From assembly GCF_006345805.1 (NCBI RefSeq), contig NC_042997.1, forward strand, positions 143,344,001 through 143,408,000: a stretch of 64,000 nucleotides of DNA, read 5' to 3'. The stretch's first letter is position 1, and every line of letters begins with the position of its first letter. The notes under the pieces are model-generated. The model was not told where the DNA came from and made no database searches. It saw nothing but the letters and a program-made list of their open reading frames with translations. The translations under genes and the position numbers were made by a program. Positions 36,886 through 50,074 of the stretch are shown piece by piece. Source of the stretch: Octopus sinensis (taxonomy: Eukaryota).

Positions 36886-38483
36886 CTTTACATGGTTGCT
36901 TGACTTTTTTAAAAATGAAAAGGAAGATCAGCATTATTGCCATCATTTTATGGGTTGGATGGGTTATCACAGTCTGAGTTATTTCTCATTGGGAGTTACT
37001 TACTGATCTCATAGATTGGTGATCATACATGACGCATTTGATAATGTGAATCTAGATATATCATTATCATCATCATTTAATGTCTGTCTTCCATGCTGGT
37101 ATGGGTTGGATGGTATGACAGGATCCTGCAAGCAGCAAGGCTACATGAAGCTTCAAAGTCAGCTTTGGCATCGTTTCTATGGCTGGCTACCTTTGTTAAT
37201 GCCAACCACTACACTGTTTGAAAAACAAACAGGTTGGATGGCCAGAGTTGACAGGCAGACCTAGAGGGTTAAATGACGACAGCTGTACAATCCAGTTTCT
37301 TTTGCACATTCTGTAAAGTGGTTGGCAATTCGAAGAACAACCAGACCAAGTAATGAGCCAACATGGGAGTCTCTACATCAGTGGTCTTCAACCAGGGTCC
37401 TTATGGCCCTTAGGGGCCCATATAAGATTTTGTTAAAATTCATCTGCTTCTACAATACACCAAAAAGCCAAAAAAAAAAAAAAAAACAGAATGCATGATC
37501 TGTCTGGGGAAGCATTAACTCCAAATAGGGGTTGTCCAACCCATGCTAGCATGGAAAAGCAGACATCAAATAATAGCGATGATCTAACAATAATGGATTA
37601 AGATCATATCTCTATATTATATTTTGTCTAATTCAGTTATTTGACTGCAGTCATGCTAGGGCACTGCCTAGATGGATTCAGATAAATAAATCAACCCTAG
37701 TACTTATCTTTTTTTGAAATCTAATATTTATTCTCTTGGTCTCTTGTGCCCCAAACCACTAAGCTACAGGGATGTAAACAAACCAACACTGGTTGTCACA
37801 TGGTGATGTATGCATATGATGTGTTTCCGCAATTTCCATCAACCAAATTTGCTCATGAGGTTGGTGTTAAGAAGGGCATCCACCTGTAGAAACCATGCCA
37901 AAATAGACAATACAGCTTGGTGCAATCCTCTGGCTTGCCAGCTCCTGTCAACCATCAACCAATGCCAGCAAGGGAAATGCATCATCATCATCATTGCCGC
38001 TGCCACCACCACCACCACCATTTATGGTCTGTTTTCTATGCTGGTATAGATTGGTTGGTTTGACAGGAACTGGCAAGCTGGAGCAGCTGCACCAAGCTCT
38101 AGTTGTCTGTTTTGGCACGGTTTCTACGCCTGGATGCCCTTCCTAATGCCAACCACTTTACGGAGTGTACTTGGTGCTTTTTACATGGCATCAGTATGTG
38201 GGAGTTTTTTACATGGTGCCTGCACAGATGCTCTTTACATGACACTGGTACAGATGTTCATTATGTGTTGCCAGCATGGGTACTCTTTACTTGGGACTAG
38301 CATGAGTGTTTTTTATGTGGCACTGGTATAGGGGTACTTCCCAACCATATGGTTTTGGGTTCAGCCCCACTGTATGGCAACTTGGGCAAGTGTCTTCTAC
38401 ACTTGGGCTGACCAAAGCCTTCTGAACGGATTTGGTAGACGGAAACTGAAAGAAGCCTGTTGTATATATATATATATATATAT

Positions 38484-39090
38484 AAATGTTTTGAACTTAT
38501 AACCACCAATCTGCTTTGCTTTCCTTTTCTTTCTACATGCCACCCTAAAAACATCGCCATTCCCGCCCGTTTCTCTAAAGTTCAACCTTCGCATATTCCC
38601 TTTAATTCGATCTCCACCATTCACTATCATTTCTTCCCCTGACTTGCAGCGATGTCCATGAGCAGGCTAAGATTTCTCCCTTCTACTTCATACATACATA
38701 CATACATACATACATTTGTCTACCGTTTAAATGTTTTGAACTTATAACCACCAATCTGCTTTGCTTTCCTTTTCTTTCTACATGCCACCCTAAAAACATC
38801 GCCATTCCCGCCCGTTTCTCTAAAGTTCAACCTTCGCATATTCCCTTTAATTCGATCTCCACCATTCACTATCATTTCTTCCCCTGACTTGCAGCGATGT
38901 CCATGAGCAGGCTAAGATTTCTCCCTTCTATTCATACATACATAATATACATACATACATTTGTCTACCGTTTAAATGTTTTGAACTTATAACCACCAAT
39001 CTGCTTTGCTTTCCTTTTCTTTCTACATGCCACCCTAAAAACATCGCCATTCCCGCCCGTTTCTCTAAAGTTCAACCTTCGCATATTCCC
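38484..39090 (+). repeat. 245-bp near-identical tandem repeat, ~2.5 copies
   Basis: Units start aaatgttttgaacttataacc at 38484, 38729 and 38974; differences almost only in the internal (TACA)n. Confidence 0.95.
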
Positions 39091-39339
39091 GGTGCACCCG
39101 CCCTTGCCCACCCCCCACACAATACCGGATATCTCTATATTTTTGTTCCATCTATACCGGATGTCGCTTCTCCCACCACCATTATAGGTGTCTACTCTTC
39201 GAACCCCCCTCTTCAACACGCTATTTCACCATGCATTACCCCTCTTTTGATATCCTACGTTCTACTTGCCTAGAACCTGTCATCATTTCTCTGAACCACC
39301 CCTCCCTACTGGTGCTCCCCTATATATTTCTATACCCCC

Positions 39340-39590
39340 CCCCACATAAAAAGCACCATCCGAACTTGGCCGATGCCAGACCCCTCTGGCACCTGTGCAG
39401 GTGGCACGTAAAAAACACCCACTACACTCGCGGAGTGGTTGGCGTTAGGAAGGGCATCCAGCTGTAGAAACACTGCCAGACTAGACTGGAGCCTGGGGCA
39501 GTCCCGAGCTCCCCAGACCCCGGTCGAAACCGTCCAACCCGTGCTAGCGCGGAAAACGGACGTTAAACGATGATGATGATGATGATGATA
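39340..39590 (+). mobile_element. Young RTE 3'UTR with (GAT)n tail
   Basis: CpG-intact copy of the RTE tail ...ggacgttaaacgatgatgat. Confidence 0.85.
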
Positions 39591-39987
39591 TATATGTATG
39601 TATGTATTTGTGTATCTGTGTTTGTCCTCCCACCATTGCTTGACAACCGATGCTGGTGTGTCTATGTCCCCATAACTTAGCGGTTCGGCAAAAGAGACCG
39701 ACAGAGTAAGTACAAAGCTTACAAAGAATAAGCCCTGGGATCGATTTGTTTGACTAAAGGTGGTGCTCCAGCACGGCCGCAGTCAAATGACTGAAACCGT
39801 AGAATAAAAGAATATAAATAAATAAATAAAAATAGCTTGTAATATACTGGGTTAAAAATTCCTTGGATAACAAAAAAAGATGCTGGAAACAACATGCCAG
39901 ACTTTTATAGCAAGACTAAAATACTGACGCAGCTGACTGATTTGAATAATGGCAGACATTGAGAATAAAACAAGGAATAAATTAGTC

Positions 39988-39993
39988 TTTATT
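39988..39993 (-). terminator. Candidate polyadenylation signal (AATAAA) of the C6orf136-like gene
   Basis: tttatt on + about 120 nt downstream of the stop codon. Confidence 0.45.
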
Positions 39994-40114
39994 AATAAGA
40001 AACTTAAACAACTGTTATACTGTACAATTCAAAATAGCTTTAACATATTTAATTGTAGATATGGCATCATAAAGCTGAGCTATTTATGCCTCTGAAATTT
40101 CTTTATCATCTAAA

Positions 40115-40240
40115 TTATTTTCTCAGCACCGAAATTCCACATTGTAGAAATCCTGTACGTGGTAGCAAACCAAACAGGAGCCCAAGTTTAAGAGCTAAAT
40201 CTGGGTTTTTCTCAGTAAGAAGTTCTTCGTCTGAAATCAT
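40115..40240 (-). CDS. C6orf136: Terminal coding exon of the C6orf136-like gene
   Basis: Very strong acceptor (tttttctttgttttgtttttcag). Phase-0 frame MISDEELLTEKNPDLALKLGLLFGLLPRTGFLQCGISVLRK* joins in frame to exon 63088-63019 and fits the hydrophobic C-terminal tail recalled for the family. AT-rich UTR follows. Confidence 0.7.
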   Translation of the reverse strand: MISDEELLTEKNPDLALKLGLLFGLLPRTGFLQCGISVLRK

Positions 40241-40832
40241 CTGAAAAACAAAACAAAGAAAAATGAAGACATGATAGTGAAAAAAAAAAAAAAATAAAGA
40301 CATGATTCGGGGTCGATAAATTAAGTACTAGTTGCGTACTGGGGTCGATCTAATCGACTGGCCCGCTCCCCCAAAATTTCAGGCCTTGTGCCTAGAGTAG
40401 AAAAGAATATTCAATTGGAAGACAAACAGACATACATATATATATATACTTGCTGGGCTTCTGTACAGTTTCCACCTAGTTTCACTGACAAGGCATTGAT
40501 CAGCCTGAGGCTCCAGTACTTACCCATACTGTCAGTGGGAACTGACTGAAAACCACACAGCCATACCTGCACATATATGCCAAACCTATACTGATTTCTA
40601 ATGTATTCACAAGATTTCAAATGCTGGCAGAGAGGTATGGTCATTTGTATGGCCCTCAGAGGCATTTGAATCCAAGATGCAAAGAGATGGCAATAGATAC
40701 TACAAGACATTCTGTCTGACACTATATCATTTCTATCATTACACTATGTTAAGTTCTAATGTATGGCATTGCTCTGAGCATATTAAGATATTTAAATAGG
40801 TTGTTGTTGAGTAACAGCTTAAGATGGCCAAC

Positions 40833-40836
<4 letters not shown>

Positions 40837-40923
<87 letters not shown>
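40837..40923 (+). repeat. (AG)n microsatellite
   Basis: Seen directly; a similar tract lies at 44497-44568. Confidence 0.95.
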
Positions 40924-40927
<4 letters not shown>

Positions 40928-41221
40928 GTTTGTCAGAAAGAAAGAGTGAACAAATGAGATAATGAATTTTATGATGCTTGCTGACTGAAGAATCTCTTAA
41001 ACAATATTGAGAGATTATCCATGTTTATCATCATCATCATCATCACCATGGGTTAAAATTTAGACTTAAAACATACGACCCTTATTTTAAGCACAGCAAA
41101 GAACTGGCTTGTTTAGGATATTCTGTTTGATGTTCCATTGTTAAAATTGTTGATGTTAATGCCAAAATCAACCCTGGTCAAGTAAACCGACTCTTAAAGC
41201 TGTCCCAGTTAAGATCCTCCT

Positions 41222-41261
<40 letters not shown>

Positions 41262-42179
41262 TTTTTTTTAACCCCTACAATAATATATCTAGGACCACAT
41301 TATCCAATGTGCATTTCATTTTTAAAGATACACTCCTATGAAACTACTGACCCTTTTCTTTCCCACTGATCCACTGTCTGTAGCCTCTCATATCCTGACC
41401 TTCTTGCACCTTGAGAGCTTGCTCTGGCATCTTTATCTTTTGCCCAGCAACGTCCACTCACCCTTACACAATGTGGGTTAGTCATATATCTTCTCATATA
41501 TAGCAAGACACCTGTATTTGATCCTCCATCGTAATTTATCCTCTCAGCACCTGGCATGATCTTCTGCCCACCTCTCATATACTCCTTTCCCACTCATATA
41601 TTTTTTTTTGCTCTTTTCCTGTCTTCCAAGTTAGTTGGTGACCTCACTAGTGCCAGTGCGATAAAAAAAAAAAGTACCCAGTACACACTGCAAAGAGGTT
41701 GGTGCTAGGAAGGACATCCAGATGTAGAAACCATGTCAAACTGGACACAGCCCTCTGGCTTGCCAGCTCCTTGCCAAACCGTTCAACCCATGCCAGCATG
41801 GAAAAATGCAAATTAAATGATGATAACAAGTAGACTGCAATTTGAAGGCAATTTAGCTGTTATTTCTGGCAGGCTGAATGACCATGATGCAAAGTAGCTT
41901 CCTTGTATGTTTGATAGGAAGGAGTTATTGTTGTTGGTGTTTAACCCCAGGATAACCAGGGGCTAAACAATAACAACATTAGATATCCACAACTATGTTA
42001 TTCAATGTCTCCTTTCAGTTTTAAGATAGTTGGGCATGTATGTCTGTGCGTGATTCAAGAAAGAATTTGGCTCTATTTCTTGTAGGTCAAGTGACAACAT
42101 AGAAGCTCCAGAAGTTTTGTTTTCTTTAGCTACACAGAGGACCACACAAGCAAGACAGACATCACATTAGATTTATTCT

Positions 42180-42730
42180 TTTACTCTTTTACTTGTTTCA
42201 GTCATTTGCCTGCGGCCATGCTGGAGCACCAGTCTTGAGTGGTTTTAGTTGAACAAATTGACCACCCTAGGACTTATTTTTCAAGCCTAGTACTTATTCT
42301 TATTTCTTTACTGCCCACAAGGGGCTACATACAGAGGGGACAAACAAGGACAGACAAACGGATTAAGTTGATTATATTGATCCCAGTGCGTAACTAGTAC
42401 TTATTTAATCGACCCTGAAAGGATGAAAGGCAAAGTCGACCTCGGCGGAATTTGAACTCAGAATGTAGCGAAAGACGAAATACCGCTAAGCATTTCGCCC
42501 GGCGTGCTAATGTTTCTGCCAGCTCACTGCCGCCTTATTCTGTTAATCTTTTTTATTGAACTGTTAAGATATTGGGATGTAAACACACCAACACCAGTTG
42601 TCAAGCAGTGAAGGAGGAAAAACACACACATAGATACAACAGGCTCCTTTCAATTTCTCTCTATCAAATCCAATCATGAGGAACCATATAGTTGGGAAGC
42701 AAGCTTCTTACCACACAACCACAGCTGCCC
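42180..42730 (-). mobile_element. SINE family A with nested family B SINE (~42300-42535)
   Basis: Family A sequence resumes on both sides of the family B copy. Confidence 0.8.
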
Positions 42731-43440
42731 CTATACATTTACATGTATATTTTAATTGTGAAAGAGGTATATTGACCCTGTGTTTGATAGCTGAATGTAA
42801 GACCAGGGAACCAAAGCACACAGCAATGTGTTTTATTGTACCCTTAATATAATGCACATGATTGTACTAGCCCCCTGTCTAATCAGTGATAGGTACAAAG
42901 TTTACTTGGTGTCTATTGTTGGTTGAGAGGATAACAGCTTAACAGACCACTTAAAAAACATCCCAGCCATGGAAATATAGAAAATATACCAAGAATGAAA
43001 ATGGAAGAATGAGTGAGAGAGTGAGAAAGACAAGCAAAGAGTGAGTGAGAGATGAGGGAGTGAGAGATGAGGGAGTGAGTAGGAAAGACAGTGAAAGAGT
43101 GTGTGAGAGGGAGTGAATGAGTAGGAGAGATGGCAAGAGAGTGGAGGAGTGGGAGACAGCAAGAGAGTGAGGGAGATGGAAAGACAGTAAGAGAGTGACA
43201 GAGTGAGGGGAAACTACAAAAACTAGTGGATAAGATGGAAGGAATGACAGAATGAAAAAAAGAACTGGGGTGAAAAAAAAGAGAAGGTGAATATGTGACT
43301 GTAAGGTCAAGAGATATAGAAACAAGCTTGAACTAGCTTGATCATTCAGAAATTCAAGATCAAAAAAAATCTTGAAAAGGCTCCCTAAGATTAGCTTATA
43401 CACATACAAATACACACATACATGTGTATATGTATGTATA

Positions 43441-43494
<54 letters not shown>

Positions 43495-43564
43495 GGTCCC
43501 GGGTTGAGTCGGGGTTAACCACAGTAAATAAGGTACTCAATACATAGAGTAAAGTAATTTATTT

Positions 43565-43639
43565 TATAGGAGCCGCTACAGGACTAGAACTGTTTCATCT
43601 GAATGAAACATTTCTAGTCCTGTAGAAGCTCCTTCTATA
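43565..43639. other. 75-nt near-perfect hairpin
   Basis: ctacaggactagaactgtttcat [ctga] atgaaacatttctagtcctgtag: 23-bp stem with 1 mismatch, extended by ggagc/gctcc and tata/tata. Confidence 0.85.
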
Positions 43640-43653
43640 AAAAAAAATAAATA

Positions 43654-43715
<62 letters not shown>

Positions 43716-43724
43716 ATATATCTC

Positions 43725-43917
43725 TTCTTTTATTTGTTTCAGTCATTTGACTGCAGCCATGCTGGAGCACCACCCTTAGTCAAACAAACTGACCCCAGGA
43801 CTTATTCTTTGTAAGCCTAGTGCTTATTCTAATGGTCTCTTTTGCTGAACTGCTAAGTTACGGGGAATTAAACACACCAACATTGGTTGTCGAGTGATGG
43901 TGGGAGGACAAACACAG

Positions 43918-43950
<33 letters not shown>

Positions 43951-44120
43951 CACACACACGACGGGCCTCTTTCAGTTTCTGTCCAGCAAATCCACTGACA
44001 AGGTTTTGGTTGGCCTGAAGCTATAGTAGAAGACACTTGCCCAAGGTGCTATGCAGTGGAGCTCAACCCGGAACCATGTGGTTGAGAAGCAAGCTTCTTA
44101 TCACAACCACTCCTGCACCT
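43725..44120 (-). mobile_element. SINE family A
   Basis: Reverse near-full copy. Confidence 0.85.
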
Positions 44121-44130
44121 ATATATATAT

Positions 44131-44280
44131 AGTGGTTGGCGTTAGGAAGGGCATCCAGCTGTAGAAACTCTGCCAGATCAAAATTGGAGCCTGGTGCAGC
44201 CATCTGGTTCGCCAGCCCTCAGTCAAATCGTCCAACCCATGCTAGCATGGAAAGCAGATGTTAAACGGTGATGATGATGA
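44131..44280 (+). mobile_element. Short RTE 3' tail inserted in (TA)n
   Basis: tatatatat-agtggttggcgttaggaagggc...gatgatgatga-tatatatata. Confidence 0.85.
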
Positions 44281-44491
44281 TATATATATATACTTTTTTC
44301 ATTTTATTTTATTTATTTGTTTTATTTTATTTATTGATTTTTCAAATTTGCAAATACACTACTAATGTATTTTCATGCAGAACTACACTTTATCAAAAAT
44401 TCCCTCCCAAAATCAATGATTGGAAGGGGTAAATTCTAAATATAACTCAAAGAGGAGAAAAAGAAAGGAGGAAAAAGGAAAGAAAAAGAGG

Positions 44492-44571
<80 letters not shown>

Positions 44572-45053
44572 AAAAAGACTTTGTGATGATCAAACCTTTT
44601 TTATCAAGGTCACCACCATCCTTAAACCATTCTAATACAATGGTAAAGGACAAAGTAAATAAATGAATGGTGAATAGGAAAGTGGATACTCCTCTCTCTC
44701 TTTCCCTCTACCCATTTGTCTATCTATCTATCTACCTACCTACCTATATTTCTATCTATCCATCTCCATTGTCCTGGAACCTCACCCAAGAAAACAAAAA
44801 CAATGTTCTCTTCTAAACAAAACTCCCCAAAAAAACAGGTTTTATATAAATGAATAAGCTGTTTGTACATTCACAAAATTGTATTTGACAAGTTCCAGAT
44901 ACAGAAAGAAAGCAATAATAATAAAGAAATAAAAGGACTTTTTCCCCAAAATTCTAACATTTTTTCTCAATATTCAATTCTGTACATTACACCTAACACT
45001 CTATACACACACATATATATCTAACATATGATATATATACATATGTAACAAAT

Positions 45054-45099
<46 letters not shown>

Positions 45100-45440
45100 C
45101 ACACACACACACACACAGACATATATAAGATATGGTGTGTGTGTATATATATCATCATCATCATCATTTAGCGTCTGCTTTCCATGCTAGCATGGGTTGG
45201 ACAGTTCAACTGGGGTCTGTGAAGCTAGAAGGCTGCATCAGGCCCAGTCTGATCTGGCAGTGTTTCTACGGCTGGATGCCCTTCCTAACGCCAACCACTC
45301 TTTGAGTGTAGTGAGTGCTTTTTACGTGCCACCCGCACAGGTGCCAGACAGAGCCGGCCACGGATGGATGGTGCTTTTTACATGCCACCGGCACGGGGGC
45401 CAGACGAGGCTGGCAACAGCCACGAACGGATATATATATT

Positions 45441-45477
<37 letters not shown>

Positions 45478-48199
45478 TGTATCTTGATAATACCATGTGA
45501 AATTAGAAAATTTGAACCGGTTGATAAAGTTAATATTCATATTTATTTTCTTACAAATGTTTGTACTTTGAACCTTCCAGAACATTCTACATACTCTTTC
45601 ATATTAAAAAAAAAAAAAAAAAAAACGAACAAAGAAAAAAAGAAAAACTCTCCTCAGTCCTGTCATTGAGACAACAATTATCTCAATATTGGTTTCTTTT
45701 TTTGTCCTTATTAAAACATGGCAAGTTTTCTTTTATCAGCACACCCAAACAGTCCGTTTTCTCTCTTATCTACTTTAAACAGCCAGATTAACCAATATCT
45801 TGTATTTCAACAGATATTTGTTGCTTTCCATGTTCGTTGACTCTACTTAAAGAGGTAATAGAGCAGTAGTGTCATACTAATAATATGAACTGGTCTAGTT
45901 AGTCCTGTAGCTGTTGATTAAAAGGCAATATTTCTCCCCCAAAAATAATGAAGTGAGCAAGCCACTACATTTTACACTTGGCCTGCTAGAAATAGTAACC
46001 AAATAAGGTTTGAAATACTATCTTAAAACTAGGAAGGCCCACATTACATAATATGGCCCTGGAGGAATAATACCTGAATTAAAAATTCTTTTGGATTATA
46101 ATGCTTTAATAATAATAACTATAATCCTTTCTATTAAGGGCCACAAAGCCTGAAATTTTGGGATAGGTGACTAATTGATCAGATCAACCCCAGTGTTTCA
46201 CTGGCACTTAATTTATTGACCCTGAAAGGATGAAAGGCAAAGTTGACCTCGGCAGAATTTGATCTCAGAACGTAAAGGGGGATGAAATGCTGCTAAACAT
46301 TTTACTGATGTGCTAACAATTCTGCCAGCTCACCACCATAATAATAATAATAATAATTTATTTCTTTATTGCCCACAAGGGGGCTAAACAGAGGGGACAG
46401 ACAAGGGATTAAGTCGATTACATCGACCCCAGTGCATAACTGGTACTTATTTAATCGACCCCGAAAGGTTGAAAGGCAAAGTTGACCACAGCGGAATTTT
46501 GAACTCAGAACTTAACGGCAGATGAAATACCGCTAAGCATTACGCCCGGCGTGCTAATGATTCTGCCAGCTCACTGCCCAAATAATAATCCTGTCTACTA
46601 TAGACACAAGGCCTGAAATTTTAAAGGGAAAGGGAGTCAATTACATTGGCCTCCAATACTTTACGAGTACTTTATTTTAGTGACCCTGAAAAGATGAAAG
46701 CAAAGGGTCAGATGAAATGCTGCAGTGGTTTTTTTTTTTTGACATTCTAACAATTCCACATTGTCCCCATATTTGGCATAAATGTGACCAAAGGGGTGGG
46801 GGAGAGAGATGTAGAGAAACTTAGTGATAGGAGTGAGAAGATGGTAGGGGAGGAAGTAATGGGAGAGAGACAGTTAAGGGTACATTGTTGGGTGTTGGTA
46901 AGGAGATTGGATGAGAAACAGCATAAGTAACATGATGGGATAGCAATAGAGATGGGCAATTTTAATAACTAGCATAGCTGTGGGAGGGGGGGTAACATTG
47001 GCACTTTTCATCCTGTTGTAGGCTATTGCTGTAAGCAATGTGTTTTTTGAGGGGTCCAGGGGTGGCAAACGGAAGGGCTGCCCCAGGCAGCACATACTCT
47101 AGCTATGCTAGTGGTTTTAATCATTTTAAAGTCCACTTTTCCATGTTTGTATTGGTTTGATGTAATTTGTTGAGGCAGATTTTCTATGGTTAGTTGCCCT
47201 TCCTGTCATCAATCCTCACCTTATTTCCCAAGCAAGGTAATATTTCCCTATGGTTGGACATAGACATGCTTTCACAGAAAATTGGAAATGAAGGACACTG
47301 CTGTATAATGTGATGCCAAGACAAGGAGGCACAAACACAAATGTACAAATAGCTCCCCTCTCTCTTGTATACTGGGCTTCTTTCTGTTTCCATATACCAA
47401 ATCCACTCACAAAGTTGTGGTTGACCTGGGACTATAATAAAAAGTAAGTCACTCGCTGTAGGTGCCATGCAGTAAGACTGAACCCCAAACCATCTGGTTG
47501 GGAAACAAATTTCTTAACCACACTGCCATAGCCATGCTTGCAATGAAAAATCATGTAGAGGAGAGAGTGATGGTAGAAGGTAATGGATATGGATAGCTAG
47601 CTTCTATCTCCTTACATAGGCGTCATGAAGGAAGAAAAGGTGATACAGGGCTGATAGTTGAAGACAGAGTGATAAGGAGTGGTCATAGAATTAAATAGAA
47701 CAGGTCAAATACCACTCCTTGGTATGCAGATGGTATGATATAGTGGATAGGAGAGAGGGACAAATGACATGAGAGTGTAACAAAGAGGTCAGTTACAAAA
47801 AGAAAGGACAACAAAATAGCTAGATACATCATCATCATTTAATGTACAGTTTCCATGCTGGCATGGGTTGGACAGTTTGACAAGAGCTGTACAGGTTCCA
47901 TAGTCTGTTTTGGATTGGTTTCTATGGCTGGATGCCCTTTCTAACACCAATCACTTTACTGAGTGTACTGGGTGCATTTATTGTGGCACCATCACCAGTG
48001 CTTTTTACACTGATTAGACAAAAAAAAAAGGCTGGAATTCCTTTGACCATAGGTCTATTTGGTCAGACTGTCCTAGGGCAAAGTAACAACACAAATTCAT
48101 TGATGGTATACAAGATTCACTTCTTTTCCAAGAATATCATCCTGGGTCCTATATGTGAAGTTGAGCTTCCCATAAGCTAATATTTACTTCTTTTATCTT

Positions 48200-48545
48200 C
48201 TACCTTTTACTTGCCTCAGTCATGAGACTGTGGCCATGCTGGGGCACTGTCTCGAAGAATTTTTAGTCGAATGAATTGACCCCAGTACTTATTTTTTTCT
48301 TTTTCAAGCTTGGTACTTATTCTGTTGGTCTCTTTTGCCAAACTGCTAAGTAATGGGGGACATAAACACACACACACACACATAAATATATATACTTCTT
48401 TTGGTTTCTGCCTACCAAATCCACTCACAAGGCTTTGGTTGGCCCAAAGCTATAGTAGAAGACACTTGCCCAAAGTGCCATGAAGTGGGACTGAACTCAG
48501 AACCATGTGGCTGGGAAGCAAGCTTCTTACCACACAGCCATGCCT
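48200..48545 (-). mobile_element. SINE family A
   Basis: Reverse near-full copy. Confidence 0.85.
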
Positions 48546-49664
48546 GTACCACCTTGTTCTGTAATGTTCTATTAAATTGCTTTAGTACACTAAAATCTTT
48601 TCCTCTTGAATATGCTCTGCTGAATTTGGGGTATGTCAAATACACCCATTTGTCTTTTATGCTATCAAATATTTCATCATTCAAAGTCCATTTTCCATGA
48701 TAGCATGGGCTGGATGGTTTAAAAGGAGTTGGTATGCCAGAGGGCTGCACCAGACCCCATTCATCGATTTTGGAATGGTTTCTACAGCTGGAGGCCCTTC
48801 CTAACATCAGCCATTTCACAAAGTGTACTGGGTGCTTTTTACATAGGTGCCAGTACAGATGCTTTTTATAGTAAAGTAACAAAGAAATCTCTCTTGTCAA
48901 CCTTAATATACATAATTACACTTAAAGCTAACAAAGTTTAACTGAAGTGTTACTCATATAATCCCCGAACCCTCAGTTGGTTAATTATTTTGTAGTTCTG
49001 GTTTAGCAGTTGATAGGGCCATACCTGGTAAAAGACATATAAGCCTCAATGGCTCTTTCCATTCAGCTATAAATAGGTACCATGTGTGGGTAGAATCTTA
49101 GAGGGATTCGATATGTAGTATGAATACATTGCTAGCTTCGTGTTGTGTTTAAACCCTTCCATGGGCCTAGAGAATGCAACTCTAGCATCCCTCATTACAG
49201 GAAATTGAAGTCTTTCTTCAGTGTTGCCCCAACAAACAGTTGTTAAAAGGAACATTATTCTAAAAATGCTGCAAGCAAAGTGTCAGTCTTCAGAATAATA
49301 TAGAATTATATATCTGTACTTTACGAAGATTAACTTGTGTTTAACTATTTGCTTTTAGATGTTTCATGTCATTACAATTTAAGCATGTAGCACAGACACA
49401 ATCTGAGAAGTCAACAGGTGGGTATGTGTGTAAATATCAGTATGTATGTATTATATACAGACACACACTCACACACAAAAGTAGGTGTACAAGTGTATTT
49501 TGTTGCAGAGAAAAGCTTTTATATTGGGTGGTAAATTGGTAAATACATTTAGGACAGAACTGTAAATATATATACATGTATTGATTGAACTTTCATAACA
49601 TATATTATATAACTATAGTGCTCATATGTCTTTCATGCTATAATTGCTTTAGTTTCAACATATA

Positions 49665-50043
49665 GGTGCAGGCATGGCTGAGTGGTAAGAAGCTTGCTTC
49701 CCAACCACATGGTTCTGGGTTCAGTCCCACCGTGTGTCACTTTGGGCAAGTGTCTTCTACTATAGCCTTGGGCCAACCAAAGCTTTATGAGTGGATTTGG
49801 TAGGCAGAAACTGAAAGAAGGCGGTGAGCTGGCAGAAACGTTAGCTTAGTGGTATTTCGTCTGTCACTATGTTCTGAGTTCAAATTCTGCCAAGGTCTAC
49901 TTTGCCTTTCATCCTTTCGGGGTTGATTAAATAAGTACCAGTTACGCACTGGGGTCAATATAATCGACTTAATCCCCTTGTTTGTCCCCTCTGTGTGTAG
50001 CCCCTTGTGGGCAGGAGGAAATAAGAAACTGAAAGAAGCCATC

Positions 50044-50074
<31 letters not shown>

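Noticed and set aside
38484-39090. 245-bp (and 72-bp, 21-bp) direct repeats as a CRISPR-like array
   Set aside because: Head-to-tail units without unique spacers, wrong size, no cas genes, eukaryotic context.
49081-49259. 62-aa ORF MFLLTTVCWGNTEERLQFPVMRD... as a coding exon
   Set aside because: The only frame-preserving donor (ATG|gtacct) is very weak, its phases do not fit the C6orf136 intron, and no homolog was recognised.
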